Source: Tricharina praecox (Eukaryota). From it: 64,000 nucleotides of DNA. Position numbers and translations under genes: made by a program. The DNA lies in assembly GCF_024521635.1 (NCBI RefSeq), contig NW_026250410.1:496001-560000 (forward strand), in the 5' to 3' direction. Position 1 is the stretch's first letter; every line of letters begins with the position of its first letter. The notes below the pieces were generated by a model. It was given only the letters and a program-made list of their open reading frames with translations. It searched no databases and had not been told where the DNA came from. Of this stretch, positions 47,890 to 61,264 are shown piece by piece.

Positions 47890-49104
47890 CTACCTCTGCG
47901 ACCACGGCGAAGTCTCCTCTGTCCCACTTATCGACACCTTACTCCTCCCCATACTCCCATCGGGCGCCCCCTCCAGCAGCGCAGACTCCTTCGCCTCGCG
48001 CTCAGGATCAATCATGAATCGTATCGTCCCGCCGCCCCCGCGATCAGTCATGGTCTGCAACTGTACGCTGATGGGCGTTTCGATGTGTGCACGGCCATGA
48101 CCGTTGGCTAGGCGCTTCCGTTCACGGTTCAGTTCGATACGTGCATTGAGGTAGGCTGTCCCTTGGTATTTGGGGCCAACGATAGTGAGCGAGTGGTGGT
48201 TTGTGTAGAGTTCCAACAGGTCGTCGACGATTGCTGGGTTCACGTTAGAAAAGCGCGGAAGGGGAGAAGAGGGGGGAAATACAAAGCACATCATCCCTCG
48301 TAGCCTCCAACTCCTCATACCGAACCCTTATCTCGACCGCCTCAAGCCTACAAGCTGTCTCCAGAGCCGCCAGCGCCAATGCATGCGGCGTAGCCTTCAG
48401 TGGGGCAAGTGTTCGATACACATCGATAGCGATCTCCCACGCTCTATGCGCCAGCCCCCGCTCCACCTTATACCGCCGGCAAAACTTGATCAAAAACGGC
48501 TGCGCATGGCGATTCCGGAAGTCGAACGAGCTCGTCTCGAGAATCGTCCGCTCCATACCAATTACGCGCTTGGAAACTTCCTCGAGGAGGGGCGAGTCGG
48601 GGTTTATGGGCTCGCTGTTGGGGTGCCGGAGGTTGTAGGATGCTGCCAGGATCTCGCGGGACTTCTTGAGCGTGTCTTCGATTTTGCAGGCAACGAAAAG
48701 CGCAGCGATGCTGGGGTCTGTCGGCGTCTCTTGAAAGTAGGGGGTTTTGTTGAAGAGGAGGAGTCGGTGATAAAGGATCATTGCGGTGGCTATTGTTCGC
48801 ACTGGGCTGTCGCTGGTTGTCAGTCGTCCGGACACTCCCGAGTGTAGAGGGTATTGAGAGGGTACAATTGTAGCACGGTAGAAACCTGCACGATCCACTG
48901 GCACGCTGTCAGGCGTGTCGATATCGCACGCGCCTCATCTTGTGACTCCGACGGTCGTAGCGACTCGATTTGCGCTGCTGTCAGGTACGGCCGTGATCGC
49001 TGGATGTACGTGTTCGGAAAACTGAAGGTTTCCACGCTGTTCGTGTGCGATGAAGGACTGAACGGTGTTGAGGGCGTCATCGTGCTCGTCGTGGCGGTAG
49101 GCAT
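47890..49104 (-). CDS. CTK2: Cyclin, CTD kinase I beta subunit (Ctk2/cyclin K-like), 3 exons
   Basis: RPYLTAAQIE, ACQWIVQVSTVLQ, PVRTIATAMILYHR, AALFVACKIEDTLKKSREIL, ERTILETSSFDFR, DDLLELYT, GTIRFMID. Confidence 0.85.
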
Positions 49105-50610
49105 TGTAAGTAGTAGTGTTAAGCGCGGGAAGCGGAAATCGAGTCAAGCTTCGCGTTCGGAGGTGAGGTTAGGGAAGTGCACGGCTCACATCATATTGGC
49201 GCGCTTCTTACCGTGCCGGGATGTCTGGTATATATGCCCACCATATCGAATGGCAACCACCACCCGACCAAATATTTCCACCGAATAACTATCAATCCGA
49301 GGCACAAGAGTCTCTGAGTGCTTGGTTCAGTATTTATATCTCGCAAAGCTCATCGTAGATTCGCCACCTGGACCCCACAGAAAGGGTCGGTGCTGCCGTT
49401 CGAACGATCATACTTTTTCAAGTCACAATAGGTACAAGAGAACAAGAACAACCATATGTCCTGACTCCCGATGGAAAGATTGGTTTACCGCATCCTATGT
49501 TAAGAAACCGGTGTTGCAATGCAATGACACGAAGATAAACCTCCCAGGACTTCGTTATCGATTCGGTGGACAAGTTTCACCCGGGCATTAGATTATGGAA
49601 TACGGGACTATCGAGGTGAACAAATGGCCCGACCAAGATAGACCCGGAAAAACTCCAACCCTATGTCGATTATGCCCCCATCTTCCCCAACCCTACATCT
49701 TTCTCTTGCTCCCGTCATGCACATTATCACCAGACCCTGTCCCTAAAAGCCACCTTAATACATCATACCTTCCATACCGCCTTGCTTCTAATCTCTCCAT
49801 GTCCCCACCAGTTCCGTCCCGTCGTCTCACCAGTGATTCTGGGGTTTAAACAACGCCCCAACCACTTGTCAGCCTTCGACCCCCCGCCCACAAGTCGCTC
49901 CCATCCCAGCCGCAACCCTACGCCAAACCAGCACGTGCCGAGAACCCATCGTGGTCCACCTGTGTCATCCAGCGGACCAGCGCCATGGTGAAGAAGGACC
50001 AGGTAGACGGGCCGGTTGGTTCGGGAGACATCCGTTGGCACATACATCCAGGCACTCTACTCCAACGGTCCAACCAACGACTTTCCTGTCTGGAGATCCA
50101 GAAGACCGAGGAAATGGACACCCACCATGTATTCCTTTTTCTGTAGGGATGCAAAGTCAAATATAAGAGCCTACGCATCCCAAATGTGCCCAGTTTCCCA
50201 GCTCCACTCCCCCATCACTTGACCTCACTCGAAGTTCTTGAACGAATAATCAACAGCGTTTCATTTGAGCAGTACAGAGGGAAAGAGAAGAGAGGTGGAA
50301 GAAGAAGAAGAAGGCCCTCCACTTCCACCCCAATCCTCCCGGACTGGCCCCCCCGGAGGCCGCGATCTCACACCTTTAGTACGCTTTCCTTGACACTTTA
50401 AGGGGCGGCTATCTCGCACTGGATCACCCAACTCCTACGTGTAGCGAGTCCATGTCAGTTGCAATGTGTTGTGATGCCAATGCGCGGTCACATCAAAACT
50501 CGAGTACAAAATAGTGATTCATTCATTAAAGTCTCTTACACACCGAAATAAAACTACACAGTCTATTCCCTTGACAAAACCCCCAGTACCATTATTCTTA
50601 CAGTCCTACA

Positions 50611-52492
50611 CTAAGCATGAATCATCTGTTGCATATGCGGATACACATTCACCATGCGCTGATACAGTTCTGGATGGTCCCTCATCATGACGTCCGGACT
50701 ATGCGCCATACCGGTAAAGATTGTAGCGATGCCGGACTTGATGGGCACCAAGAACACATTTGCGATCTGGAGTCCCACCAGGAACGAGAACGCCATTACG
50801 ACTACGGTGAATGAGCCGTCCATGTTATAGACTGGGTTGGTGAATTGTAGGTAGAGGTAGGCGAGGAGTGCGCAGAGGTAGCCGACGAAGACGGCGCCCA
50901 TGGTGAGGACGGGATCGACAAGCAAGTCGTTGATTAGGGCGTCGATGCCGCGGTCTTTCATCATGCGCCAGGTGGATTTGGCGGCGGGAACGTAGGCGTC
51001 ACCGTAGAGGGCTATGTACGAATAGGCATAGTGCTGTCACCCGTAGATTAGCCACTTGTTCCTTTCAATTCAGTTGGTAAACATTTACTCACGTTGAAGT
51101 ATTCAATCAACCACAGCACAAGCCCCAGTATGCAGTTCGCAACAGCCCAGACACAGCACATAACAATATTCCCATCCATAGCCTCACTCTGCTGGGCGAT
51201 CGACGCACCCTGCTTCAGCAGCTGAATGATCGACACGACCAGGGAGCCGAAGCAGATCGAGCCGAAGGAGTACGTCATTGCGCGCTTGAAGGCACCCAGT
51301 GTTGGGTGCGAAGGCATTTGGGTGCGCGAGCAGAAGTACCTATCCTCGTCAGCTACCAGACCATACAAGACGAATAGATCAGCCTTACCATGACCCGTAA
51401 ACACCAGACACGCTCACGTGCATCACGTTCTTTATCACCTCACTAAGCCAATAAAACGAGAACACCGTGAACACCAGCAGTCCAATGAGCTTCCCACTCG
51501 AGCAAGATCCACCGTCCACGCCGCATGCGGGATTATTCGCACTAGGCGTGTACTTGATATACACAGCGACAAAGGTAACCGCGAACCAAGCACCCGCGCA
51601 TAGCGCTACGAAGCCGCCGATGGCAGAAACCATAAAGACGTGTCCGTAGTTCTTAGCCACGTCGATGGCCGTCTGGAGCATCAACACCGAGAATGGAATC
51701 CGGGATCGCCACGACCAGAAACAGAAGGCGTAGAAGACGGAAAAGATAAGGAAAACGATTCCAGCGCCGAGTTGCCCGCGGTAGCTTATGGAGTCAGCTA
51801 AATCTGTTCGCACCAAAAAGGCACATAGTATAACTCACAAATAGTAAATCGCCGTTCCAATTCCGAAAACAATGCTGCAAAAAGCTGTCAGCAACTCTTC
51901 TCCATCATCCTGTCTCCCAGAAGAGGTCCTACTTCAAAATCCCCGTAATCCAAATCAAGCTCTTCGTGAACCTCCTCGCAATAAAAAAATACGCCGCGGA
52001 CGTCACAAATGCGACAGCAAGTACAAACGCAAATAGGATCATCGTATTCGTCGACAGTCCAAAGTCATTGTTCCGATCATCATAGATCCCGTTCCCATTG
52101 GTAGCCTTCGTGACACGATAGGCATTCAGGGAGATCCCGCTGACGACGACGAGCCCAAAGAAGTCCACCAGGAAGAGAATCGCCGCCCATATGTCGTTGT
52201 ATTTCGGCTTCGCGATGACGAATTTCTCCTCAAAGGTGGTGTATGGCGGCGGATCATCGGGGTATTTCTGCGGAGCCTGTGGGGGAGGCGGGGCGTAGGA
52301 TAGCTGGGAGTTCTGAGTGTTGCCGTTGTAGGGGCTGTAGCTGGGCTGTGGTGGATGAGGTGCATAACCTTGATTCGGGGGAGGTCCAGGTGGAGGAGCG
52401 AAGCCCCCATGCTGAGGAGGAGGCCCGTATTGCTGCCCGGGCGGCGGTCCCTGAGGAGGAGCGTAATCGCGGTAGTAATCGTTGGCAGACAT
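50611..52492 (-). CDS. PNS1: Pns1 / choline-transporter-like (CTL/SLC44) membrane protein, multi-exon
   Basis: Pro-rich N-terminus, KPKYNDIWAAILF, SRIPFS, YWLSEVIKNVMHV, RAMTYSFGSICFGSL, YAYSYIALYG, DRGIDALIND. Confidence 0.92.
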
Positions 52493-53055
52493 TGGCTGTA
52501 TCTGTGTGTACCGTACCCGTACCCGTGAGAAAGTCAAGTGTCTCGCAGATGGGCACACGGGCCTATTTGACCTGTCCTGTAGGTGGCTTTCCCAAGCCAA
52601 TCCCAAGCGCTCCCCCAAGCGCTCCCCCAAGCTTAATGACATCAACATTAAAAATGGTGCATCCCGAACCCTGTTTTGGCCCGATATCGCCAATCTGGTG
52701 CTACGATGGCCCGCAAGCGTTGACGCGGCCCATGTCAGCGCATGTGGCTAACGGCTGGTGCAAAATTCTTCACTCGGACAGAAAGGGCCAGAGGGATCTC
52801 TGTGAATGAGATATCACGGTGAGAGGTCGAGTAATTGAATGAAGAATTGACGACCCTCAATCCATGAAATAGCTTCATATAACTAATCGACACATACCAT
52901 CGTCAATCTGCGCACTGCCTGACACAGATAACACAAAGAAAATCCGCACAAAACAAATACCAGAACATCTCTGCAAAAACAGGCCAACCGCAAAAAAGAA
53001 CAACTCAAACCCACGCAAAATGAGCACCACACATATTCCATTTCATTCCCACCAT

Positions 53056-55467
53056 CTACCACTCCGTAATCTCCTTCTCGAATCCCCGATTCGTGGTGGG
53101 AACCTTGGCCGCCTCGACCTTCACAGGCCCTGGCCGGTGCTTGGCGAGATATCCACTGCCATCCAGCCAAGACCACTCGCGCGTCCTTCTAGCCTCAAAC
53201 TGTCTGATCTTGTCCTCCATCTGCATCGTCAATCCGATGTCGTCAAATCCATTAACCAGGCAGTGCTTGCGGAACTCCTCGACGTCGAACTTCGCAAGCT
53301 CTGCACCGTCCGCGCTGCGGATGACCTGGTTGACAAGGTCGACCTCGATCTCCTTTCCAGCATCGGCCTCATCCGCAATAGCCTTGAGCGCGGCCTCGTC
53401 GGTAATCGCGATGGGCAACATGCCATTCTTGAAGGTGTTGTTGTGGAAGATGTCGGCGAACGAGGGGGCGATAATGCACTTGATGCCGAAGTCGAGCAGC
53501 GCCCAGGGAGCGTGTTCACGCGAGGAACCACAGCCGAAGTTCGGGCCAGTGACAACTAGGACCTTGGCGGCGCGGTAGGGCTCCTGGTTGAGGACGAAGT
53601 TGGGTTTCTCCGAGCCATCCGGGTTGAAGCGGAGAGCCCAGAACAGAGCGCTGCCGAGACCAGTGCGCTTAATCGTCTTCAGGAACTGCTTGGGAATGAT
53701 GGCGTCCGTGTCAATGTTGGCGATGTGGAGGGGGGCGGCGATACCCTTGAGGGTGGTGAATGGAGGGAGGCCAGTGGATGTGCCAGCAGAGAACGGGGTG
53801 GATGCATTGGTGGCCTCCTCGTCGGTGGGGATATCATTGAGCTTGTCCAAGTCGTCGTCAGTGATGGCCTCGGGGTGCTCAGCCTGAACAGCGATCTTGG
53901 GCGAGCCGTGCTCCGTCTCAGCCTGGGTGTGCTTGCGGATATCGGTCAGGCGTCCGGTGATGGCAGCAACGGCAGCCATAGCCGGAGATACCAAGTGGGT
54001 ACGACCACCAGCACCCTGCCGTCCCTCGAAGTTTCGGTTGGAAGTAGAAGCACAACGCTCCTGAGGGGCTAGGATATCGGGGTTCATTCCCAAGCACATG
54101 GAGCAACCAGCCTCACGCCACTCAAAACCAGCCTCCTCGAAGATGCGGTTAAGACCCTCACGCTCGGCCTGCTTCTTGACCAATCCCGATCCTGGCACAA
54201 CCATAGCACGCATAATGTTCGAAGCGATCTTCTTGCCCTTAACGACCTTGGCCGCGGCGCGGAGATCCTCAATACGCGAGTTCGTGCAGGAACCAATGAA
54301 GACCTTGTCGACGGTGATATCCTGCATGGGGGTACCGGCTTCGAGACCCATATACTCCAAAGCGCGGATGATGCCGGCCTTGCGGACGGGATCAGACTCC
54401 TCTTCGGGGTAAGGAACGGAGCCGGTGATGGGGACGACATCCTGGGGAGAAGTACCCCACGAAACGGTAGGCGCGATGTCCTTTGCGTCGATGAAAACCT
54501 CGGAATCCCACTTGGCGCCCTCGTCGGACTTCAAGGTCCTCCAGTACTTGAGGGCGCGATGCCACTCGGGGGTGTCGTATTTGGGTGCCAAAGGCTTTCC
54601 CTTGAGGTACTCGAAAGTGATGTCGTCGGGTGCAATGAGACCAGCTCTGGCACCACCCTCGATAGCCATGTTGCACATCGACATACGGGCCTCCATACTC
54701 AGCGAGCGGATAGTGGATCCGCAGAACTCAATGACACTTCCATTTCCTCCGGCGGTTCCGATTTTTCCAATGATGTGCAGAATAATATCTTTGCTCGTCA
54801 CGCCGGGGGCCATAGGTCCATCAACCTGCACCTTCATGTTCTTCGATTTCTGGTTGATAAGGGTCTGAGTGGCAAGCACGTGCTCGACTTCACTCGTGCC
54901 GATACCGAAAGCCAAAGCGCCGAAAGCTCCATGGGTGGAGGTATGTGAGTCACCGCATACAACGGTGGTTCCGGGAAGGGTGAAGCCTTGCTCGGGGCCG
55001 ACGACGTGCACGATTCCTTGCCTCTTGTCGGCCATGCCGAAGTAGGTCAGCTTGAAAGCTTTGACATTGTCTTCCAGAGTCACGCATTGCGTCCGCGAGT
55101 CAGCTTCCTCGATAAAGGTCTCGGCATTCTTGTAGGTGGCTCTGCTGTGCGTGGGGATGTTCTGCACCACCGTTAGATGAGTACTGCCAATGAGGAACTA
55201 GTCGTAATTATACGTACGTGATCTACTGTAGCCAGGGTGCAGTCAGGTCTTCGTACAGTTCTACCAGCATTTCGGAGGCCCTCGAAGGCTTGTGGCGAAG
55301 TGACCTCGTGCACGAGATGTCTGCAGTAGTCTTTAGCGGATTGCCTCTAAGGAAGGTGGGGAAAGTAATTGAACTCACCTGTCAATGTAGATTGTGTGGC
55401 CGTCGACAACATGGTCGGCATAGATCTTGTCGTACAGGGTGGAGGGGACACTCTCAACGACGGGCAT
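53056..55467 (-). CDS. LEU1: 3-isopropylmalate dehydratase (fused large+small subunit)
   Basis: [109 protein letters not shown]; two 5' introns. Confidence 0.98.
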
Positions 55468-55667
55468 TTTGTATGTGCTGTAGCGGTGGTCGATTGGAAG
55501 TGGGTATATGGAGGAAAGATGCTTCCTCGACTGACTTTGTGGGAAGATCGAGGGTTGAAAAAGCAGCCTTGTCTCTATCTGTTTTCCGGTGGCTTTTGAA
55601 AGCTTTAATAGGAAAAGAAGGGAATTAGAAATTGCCGTCCCCCCGCTTTTCTTTGCTCGGTTTTTAG

Positions 55668-55768
55668 TGACTCTTGATTGGATATCTTGTGCTCCCCCCG
55701 CGAGTCTCGCCGACCCCGCCTCCGCTGCGAAACCCCGAGTTCAGCCTGCCGGTCACCCGTCAGAGTCA
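55668..55768. promoter_or_regulatory. Two Gcn4/CpcA-type TGACTC cores upstream of LEU1
   Basis: TGACTC at 55668-55673 and GAGTCA at 55763-55768, 200-300 bp upstream of the LEU1 ATG; fits cross-pathway control of amino-acid biosynthesis genes. Confidence 0.5.
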
Positions 55769-56438
55769 CCGCCATCATCTGGACCCTTTGTTCATCCGGC
55801 ACACTTTTATTTCTGTGGCTTTGCTGCAGCTTGTCGAAATGTTTTCTATTTAGGCTTTGTGATCATCCGTATCCGTGGTTTGTCGTGACACACATGCTCT
55901 AAAGTCAGTGGAAACAACGTTTGAAAGCAACGTATCCCTTGCTAGGATTGTCTTCTGAGTATGAACTTTGAAGCATGAGGTCAGGCAGAAGGGGAATGCT
56001 GTGGCGAGTGCTGTGGCTCACATGGTGGACCCGAATTCTACTCTACCAGGTATGTCGCCCCGCTTTGGCCGGCCCGGTCGAGCAGAGAGGTTCAGGTGGG
56101 GTATCGCAGCGCCGCCCATCACCGCAACACACATCCCCCGCCGCACGACCGTTCTCCGCATTACAAGCCGGCCTTCCTCCACAATTGCTAGTGCTCCTTA
56201 TCTGACGCCCTCCCCGACCGACGTCCCGGTGAACGGAATTTTTGGACAGCCTAAGGGATCCCGGGGCGCGACTACATATCACTAGCACACACGCGCTCGA
56301 CGGGCCTGGCCAACAGTGCTGCAACTTGCACAGAAAATTCATCTGCGCCACCACCACCACCACCACTACCACCACCACCGCAAGCGCCACTACTACCTAT
56401 CCGTTCCCCGCCTACCAGCCAGCCTACCACGAGCAGCT

Positions 56439-57836
56439 ATGAGTTTGAATATCGACGATGATGAACCGCCCGCTTTGGTCGAGGTGGATGATGAAGAGCT
56501 GGCTACTCTCCAGGACAAGCTTCCTACTAGTGACGAGAAGGTCCCCATTACTATTGTCACTGGGTACCTGGGCTCCGGAAGTGAGATTCTTCCATATGAG
56601 ACAAAAGTGCTTTTGCTACCTAGAGATATCTGACCCCCGTAGAAACCACTCTTATGAACTACATCCTGCAAGAACAGCACTCTAAGCGGATAGCTGTCAT
56701 ACTCAACGAGTTCGGAGACTGTGAGTAGCTATTAAGCTGTGCGGCGTCGGCGGCGGGGGAGCTGACCTGCCTGCCCATTGTAGCTTCGGATATAGAGAAG
56801 TCCCTGACAGTCCAACAAGAGGGCCAGCAGGTCGAGGAATGGCTTGAGCTTGCGAATGGCTGTATCTGCTGCACCGTCAAGTACCACTCGCGGGCCCCGA
56901 TGGACAACTCCCGTAGCAGCGCTGATCGACGACCGACAGAGACTCCGGCGTAACGGCCATCGAGAACCTGATGGAGCGTCGCGGACGCTTCGACTACATC
57001 CTCCTCGAAACCACTGGCCTGGCCGACCCCGGCAACATCGCGCCTCTGTTTTGGCTCGACGAAGGACTCGGCTCGAGTATCTTTCTCGACGGCATAGTGA
57101 CCCTCGTCGACGCATCCAACATCCTGCGCAGCCTCGACGACAAAACACCGCTTGCCGACGACACGGATCCGGAGAGCAAAGCGCAGCCGGAACAAGGCCT
57201 TACGTGTGCGCACCTGCAGATATCGCATGCGGATGTGGTGGTGGTAAATAAACAGGACCTTGTCACCCCCGAGGAGCTGGAGAGGGTGAAGGAGAGGATT
57301 CAGGCGATTAATGGGATTGCGAAGATTGCTGTTACGGAGCGCGGGAGGGTCCAAGATCTTGAGACATTCTTGCTGGATTTGAGGGCGTATGAGAAGGTCG
57401 AAGACTTGAAAGTGGGCGAGGGGAGCCGTTTGGACCCCGTAAGTCCTCCCTCTAACCGCGGCGTGGATCGGGGCTCATGAGAAACTACCAGACAATCGCA
57501 ACAATCTCCATCCCACTCCCAACCCTCAGCCAACAGCAAATCGACAATCTAGACTCCTGGCTACGCAGTGTTCTCTGGGATGCCACTGTTCCCTGCTCCG
57601 GCAATGACTACGGCAATATCGATGTGCATAGACTCAAGGGACGGGTTATCCGCGATGACAGGAAGTCGTTCCTCATCCAGGGCGTTCGAGAGGTGTTCGA
57701 GATCTTTAATGAGCCGAACAACGGAGTGAAGGCTTCGGCTGGGAAGTTGGTGCTGATTGGAAGGAATTTGAGGAGCGAGCAGTTGACGAGGAGTGTTGAG
57801 GGGTTTGTGGTAGGGAATGGAGCTGCGAGTAGCTGA
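56439..57836 (+). CDS. ZNG1: COG0523/CobW-family G3E GTPase (Zn metallochaperone ZNG1/CBWD-like), multi-exon
   Basis: [39 protein letters not shown] (CxCC), [49 protein letters not shown]. Confidence 0.92.
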
Positions 57837-60800
57837 ATTGGAATAAACAACCGCGGAGATCGTGAATCTTAGGCCTGGCTGGACCCAACCGTACCGTAGG
57901 AAATTTTGAAGGTCCTGCATGCGTGGCAGCTGTTTCTTCGGGTCTTGGAAGTGGTGATGCTCATCGCTCTACAGAACACCGGCAGTTCAACCACATAGGA
58001 GAGATAAACCGATTGGGCAGAGAGGACAATTGGCTGCCATAAGATCGGGTGGAGTATGTCATGTATGTAGTGGGGTCACACGCCAGTGAGCAGTTTCTCG
58101 TACATACTCGACCAACAGCAGCAGAGCCAATCGGCTGGTGCATATTCATGTTTTCATTCATTTCGCCCGCGATTGGCGCTGACATCCTCCACCTATGATG
58201 TCGAGGCGTGATATCTATCACTGTTTCGGGTTTCGTAAGTAACTAGTTGACTGGGTCATGCGCATAGTTCATGGGGGGGCTGTATAAACATCGTCTTTGG
58301 CTACCTATGGAGGAGAGTGGCGAGTTACATATTTCCTCATGCGCGGATACCGATAACGCTTGTCAGCAATAGACGGTGGTCAGCACCAGGTGCCGCGCAT
58401 CGCATGCGGAGATACATACCCGAGCTGCATGCGTATCGGCGACGGAGGCGGATGCGGGGCTGTAGAGTACAATGCGGACTCATGCGCATGACATCCATCG
58501 CCCCGGGCGCTGATGTCCGGTCACCGATAGCCATTCTTCCGGCGCCGGAATCCGAGTGATCCCCATCGATGATCACCGCGGGCATATCCCACTCTTAGGC
58601 CGTTTCCGTCCCGAGACTACTAGCAGACGTGATTAATGCGATAGCTAATGCCACAGTCGGCGTCGTCGCAAAAGGTGCATAGGAGAGAGTCGGTGTCATG
58701 GCAAGAAATGGGCGGCAGTAACACAGCTCAGCACTCGCCTGGGCACGAGCTAGGACGCTAAGGATCCAAAAAGCTTCTGCAGCTTCGGACAGAACAGAAT
58801 CAGCAGAGTAGGAAATCTCCGAGTCTTCCGAGGACTTTCCTCCCTACGGGTCCCTTACCATGTGTTGTCTCGGCCATGTGTATCGGAAAGAGAGCGAATA
58901 AAGACACATCTTCCACAGCAACAGGATTCGGATGGGTGCATCGGATATAATTGGCGATCGTTTACACGGCGCCTATCTATGTACTCTGGATACATGGTCC
59001 CCAATCTGTGGGACCAGCCATTGGGGCAGAAATCCCCACCACCGAATAGCTGTCCTCGGAGAGTTCTGTTCACTTCTTGCCCGAAGTTCCGTCGCAGGGG
59101 ACGCATGACCCAACGTCGCATATGTATCCTATCGTATTCATAACACTCTCGGCGACCCTCCGCCCGAAGCCAGCCTTATGTACGCACCTACCCATCCGAC
59201 CACCCAGTTGTTTGGTCGTCGGTTTAATCACAGCTAGCCACGCACGTCTCCAGGTTGACTGACGTCCATGGAAGTATAAACAGCGCCATATGGGTGGGTG
59301 AGTGCATTAAAGTCGCCGAGGGGCCGTTTGTTCTACATACATACAGTCGCCGGGGGATCTGGTTTGCTGGCGCCGGCTTCCTCGAACGAATGTGGCGTCT
59401 GGGTTTATAAGTGGCTGTTTACCTCGGTGTACATACGGGAGTGGATTTGATGCATTATGCCTACGGGAAAATCTTAAAGGTGGACATCCTCTAGTACCCT
59501 GTGGACGCTCTAACGCAGGACAGGACAGGAAGCTCTGGTTAGAAATCCGGACTTTTGGGAGGTTCCCACAGTTTTCGTCGAGTGTTTCGCCAGTTTTATG
59601 CTCAAGGGTTGCCGTCTCTGGAGACCATAAGAGGTGCCATGGTACGGTATCTTCTCCATAGTTTCGGGAGCCGTCTTCCAAGACTGATGTTAGAACTCAA
59701 AGACCTACTGTACCTGTGGATGCTATCGGTTCCATCGATACCACTTCACAAGGTCGAACCGAGTCTACTATCCAGTAGGTATCTTCCAGCGGAAGTGCTA
59801 TTCCCGAGGAGCCATGGTACCGGGCCCGGAGCCAGTTCCGTCGCCGGGGAATATAAACCTCCACATTGAGGCCGGCAGTCCAGATAGGTTTGCCATATCC
59901 ATGGCCCCTGGAATTCTCGAGACGAGCAGGCACATGCTGACACTTCCACTCCTTGAGTGGCTTCTCCGATCGAATATCTGCCGTTCTGCAACGTCGCGCA
60001 TACAAGGGTTCTGTCCGATCATGTTTATGTTTCCGAACATACCAATGCCACCCCAGACACCCACAGCTACCGGTTGAATCGGTATAGCAATCTCAGCAAG
60101 GGGGAACTGCAATACCGATAGTAGTCTTTTTCTTTCGGGCCGTGAGCACTGCCTTTCATGGTAGCTATCCAGAACATCGGTAATCTATCCAAACAACGCA
60201 CCGAGCTACAAATCTTCACGCGACGTCGTGCATAGTTGCGTCCATGATCTACGTGCAGTAAGGCTGAAACGACGATTATATCCTGCCCGCTCGCCGAAAT
60301 TCCGCCGTGAGATTGCCTGCAGGCTTCGTGTACTGTAGCATAGTGTGCTAGCTGATCCAACAATCCTGTAGACAGATTTGTGGCTGGTGATCATGGTGGT
60401 ATCCGCAGGATTGTTGGATGAGCTAGCATACTAGCACACAGTACTCGTGGGATAGCTTTCCGACATTGCTTTTTGCGTTTGCATGTCGGCCACGGTCCGC
60501 TTCGCTTGAGTGCACCAATTCTTGATTCTAGGCCAGGTCCAGATTGATCAGATAACCACCTCCTTGAGAGCAGATATCGGCGAACGTCAGTTGCTCCCCA
60601 TACTCTTCTGCTCCATGTAACACTCGCTGCTCTCACCCCTCTTCTCTGCTGCTCCAAATCCACCCGCGCTGTCTCTCTCGCTTCGTGTGCTCCAATTTCC
60701 AACTCCACCACCACCACGCCCACCACCCCGTCAAACCCTTCTCCGAGCCTTCCGCTACTCGCGACTCTCTACCTGGGACATTCTTCACACACGCAACCAC

Positions 60801-61264
60801 CACCACAGCCACCGTCACCCCCTCCTCCCCCGCTCCCGCACCTCACATCACAGACTCTGCATCGATCGGAAGCCGCTTCATCTCCACCCACTATATCAAC
60901 CCCCCATACTTCCTTCCGACCCCCGCGATATATATTCGATCACCGTCAGTAACATCCCCCACCCTTCCCCACCAAGCATCGGCTACTACAAGTCCACAAC
61001 CACGTATTTTACAACCATCGCATCCACAACCACAACCACAACCAATATCCACGACCCCTACGTGGCTAACCACAAACCCATGCTAATCTCCGACTACAGT
61101 ACACCCTTCAGACCTCGCATATCCCTTATCGCAACAACCAACACTCGCTCCTACTGCTCCGAGAAGCCAGATTCAATCCCCTTTCTCGCCGCCGAGTTAG
61201 AGTAGGTAGACGAGGCAAAAAAAAAAAAAGGCCCGGAACTACGAAACCACCTTCACCGACCAAA

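Noticed and set aside
49322..50400. Short ORFs between CTK2 and PNS1
   Set aside because: No motif or consistent spliced frame found.
55468..56438. Leu3/LeuB site (CCG-N4-CGG) upstream of LEU1
   Set aside because: I did not find an exact match by eye; only near-matches with wrong spacing.
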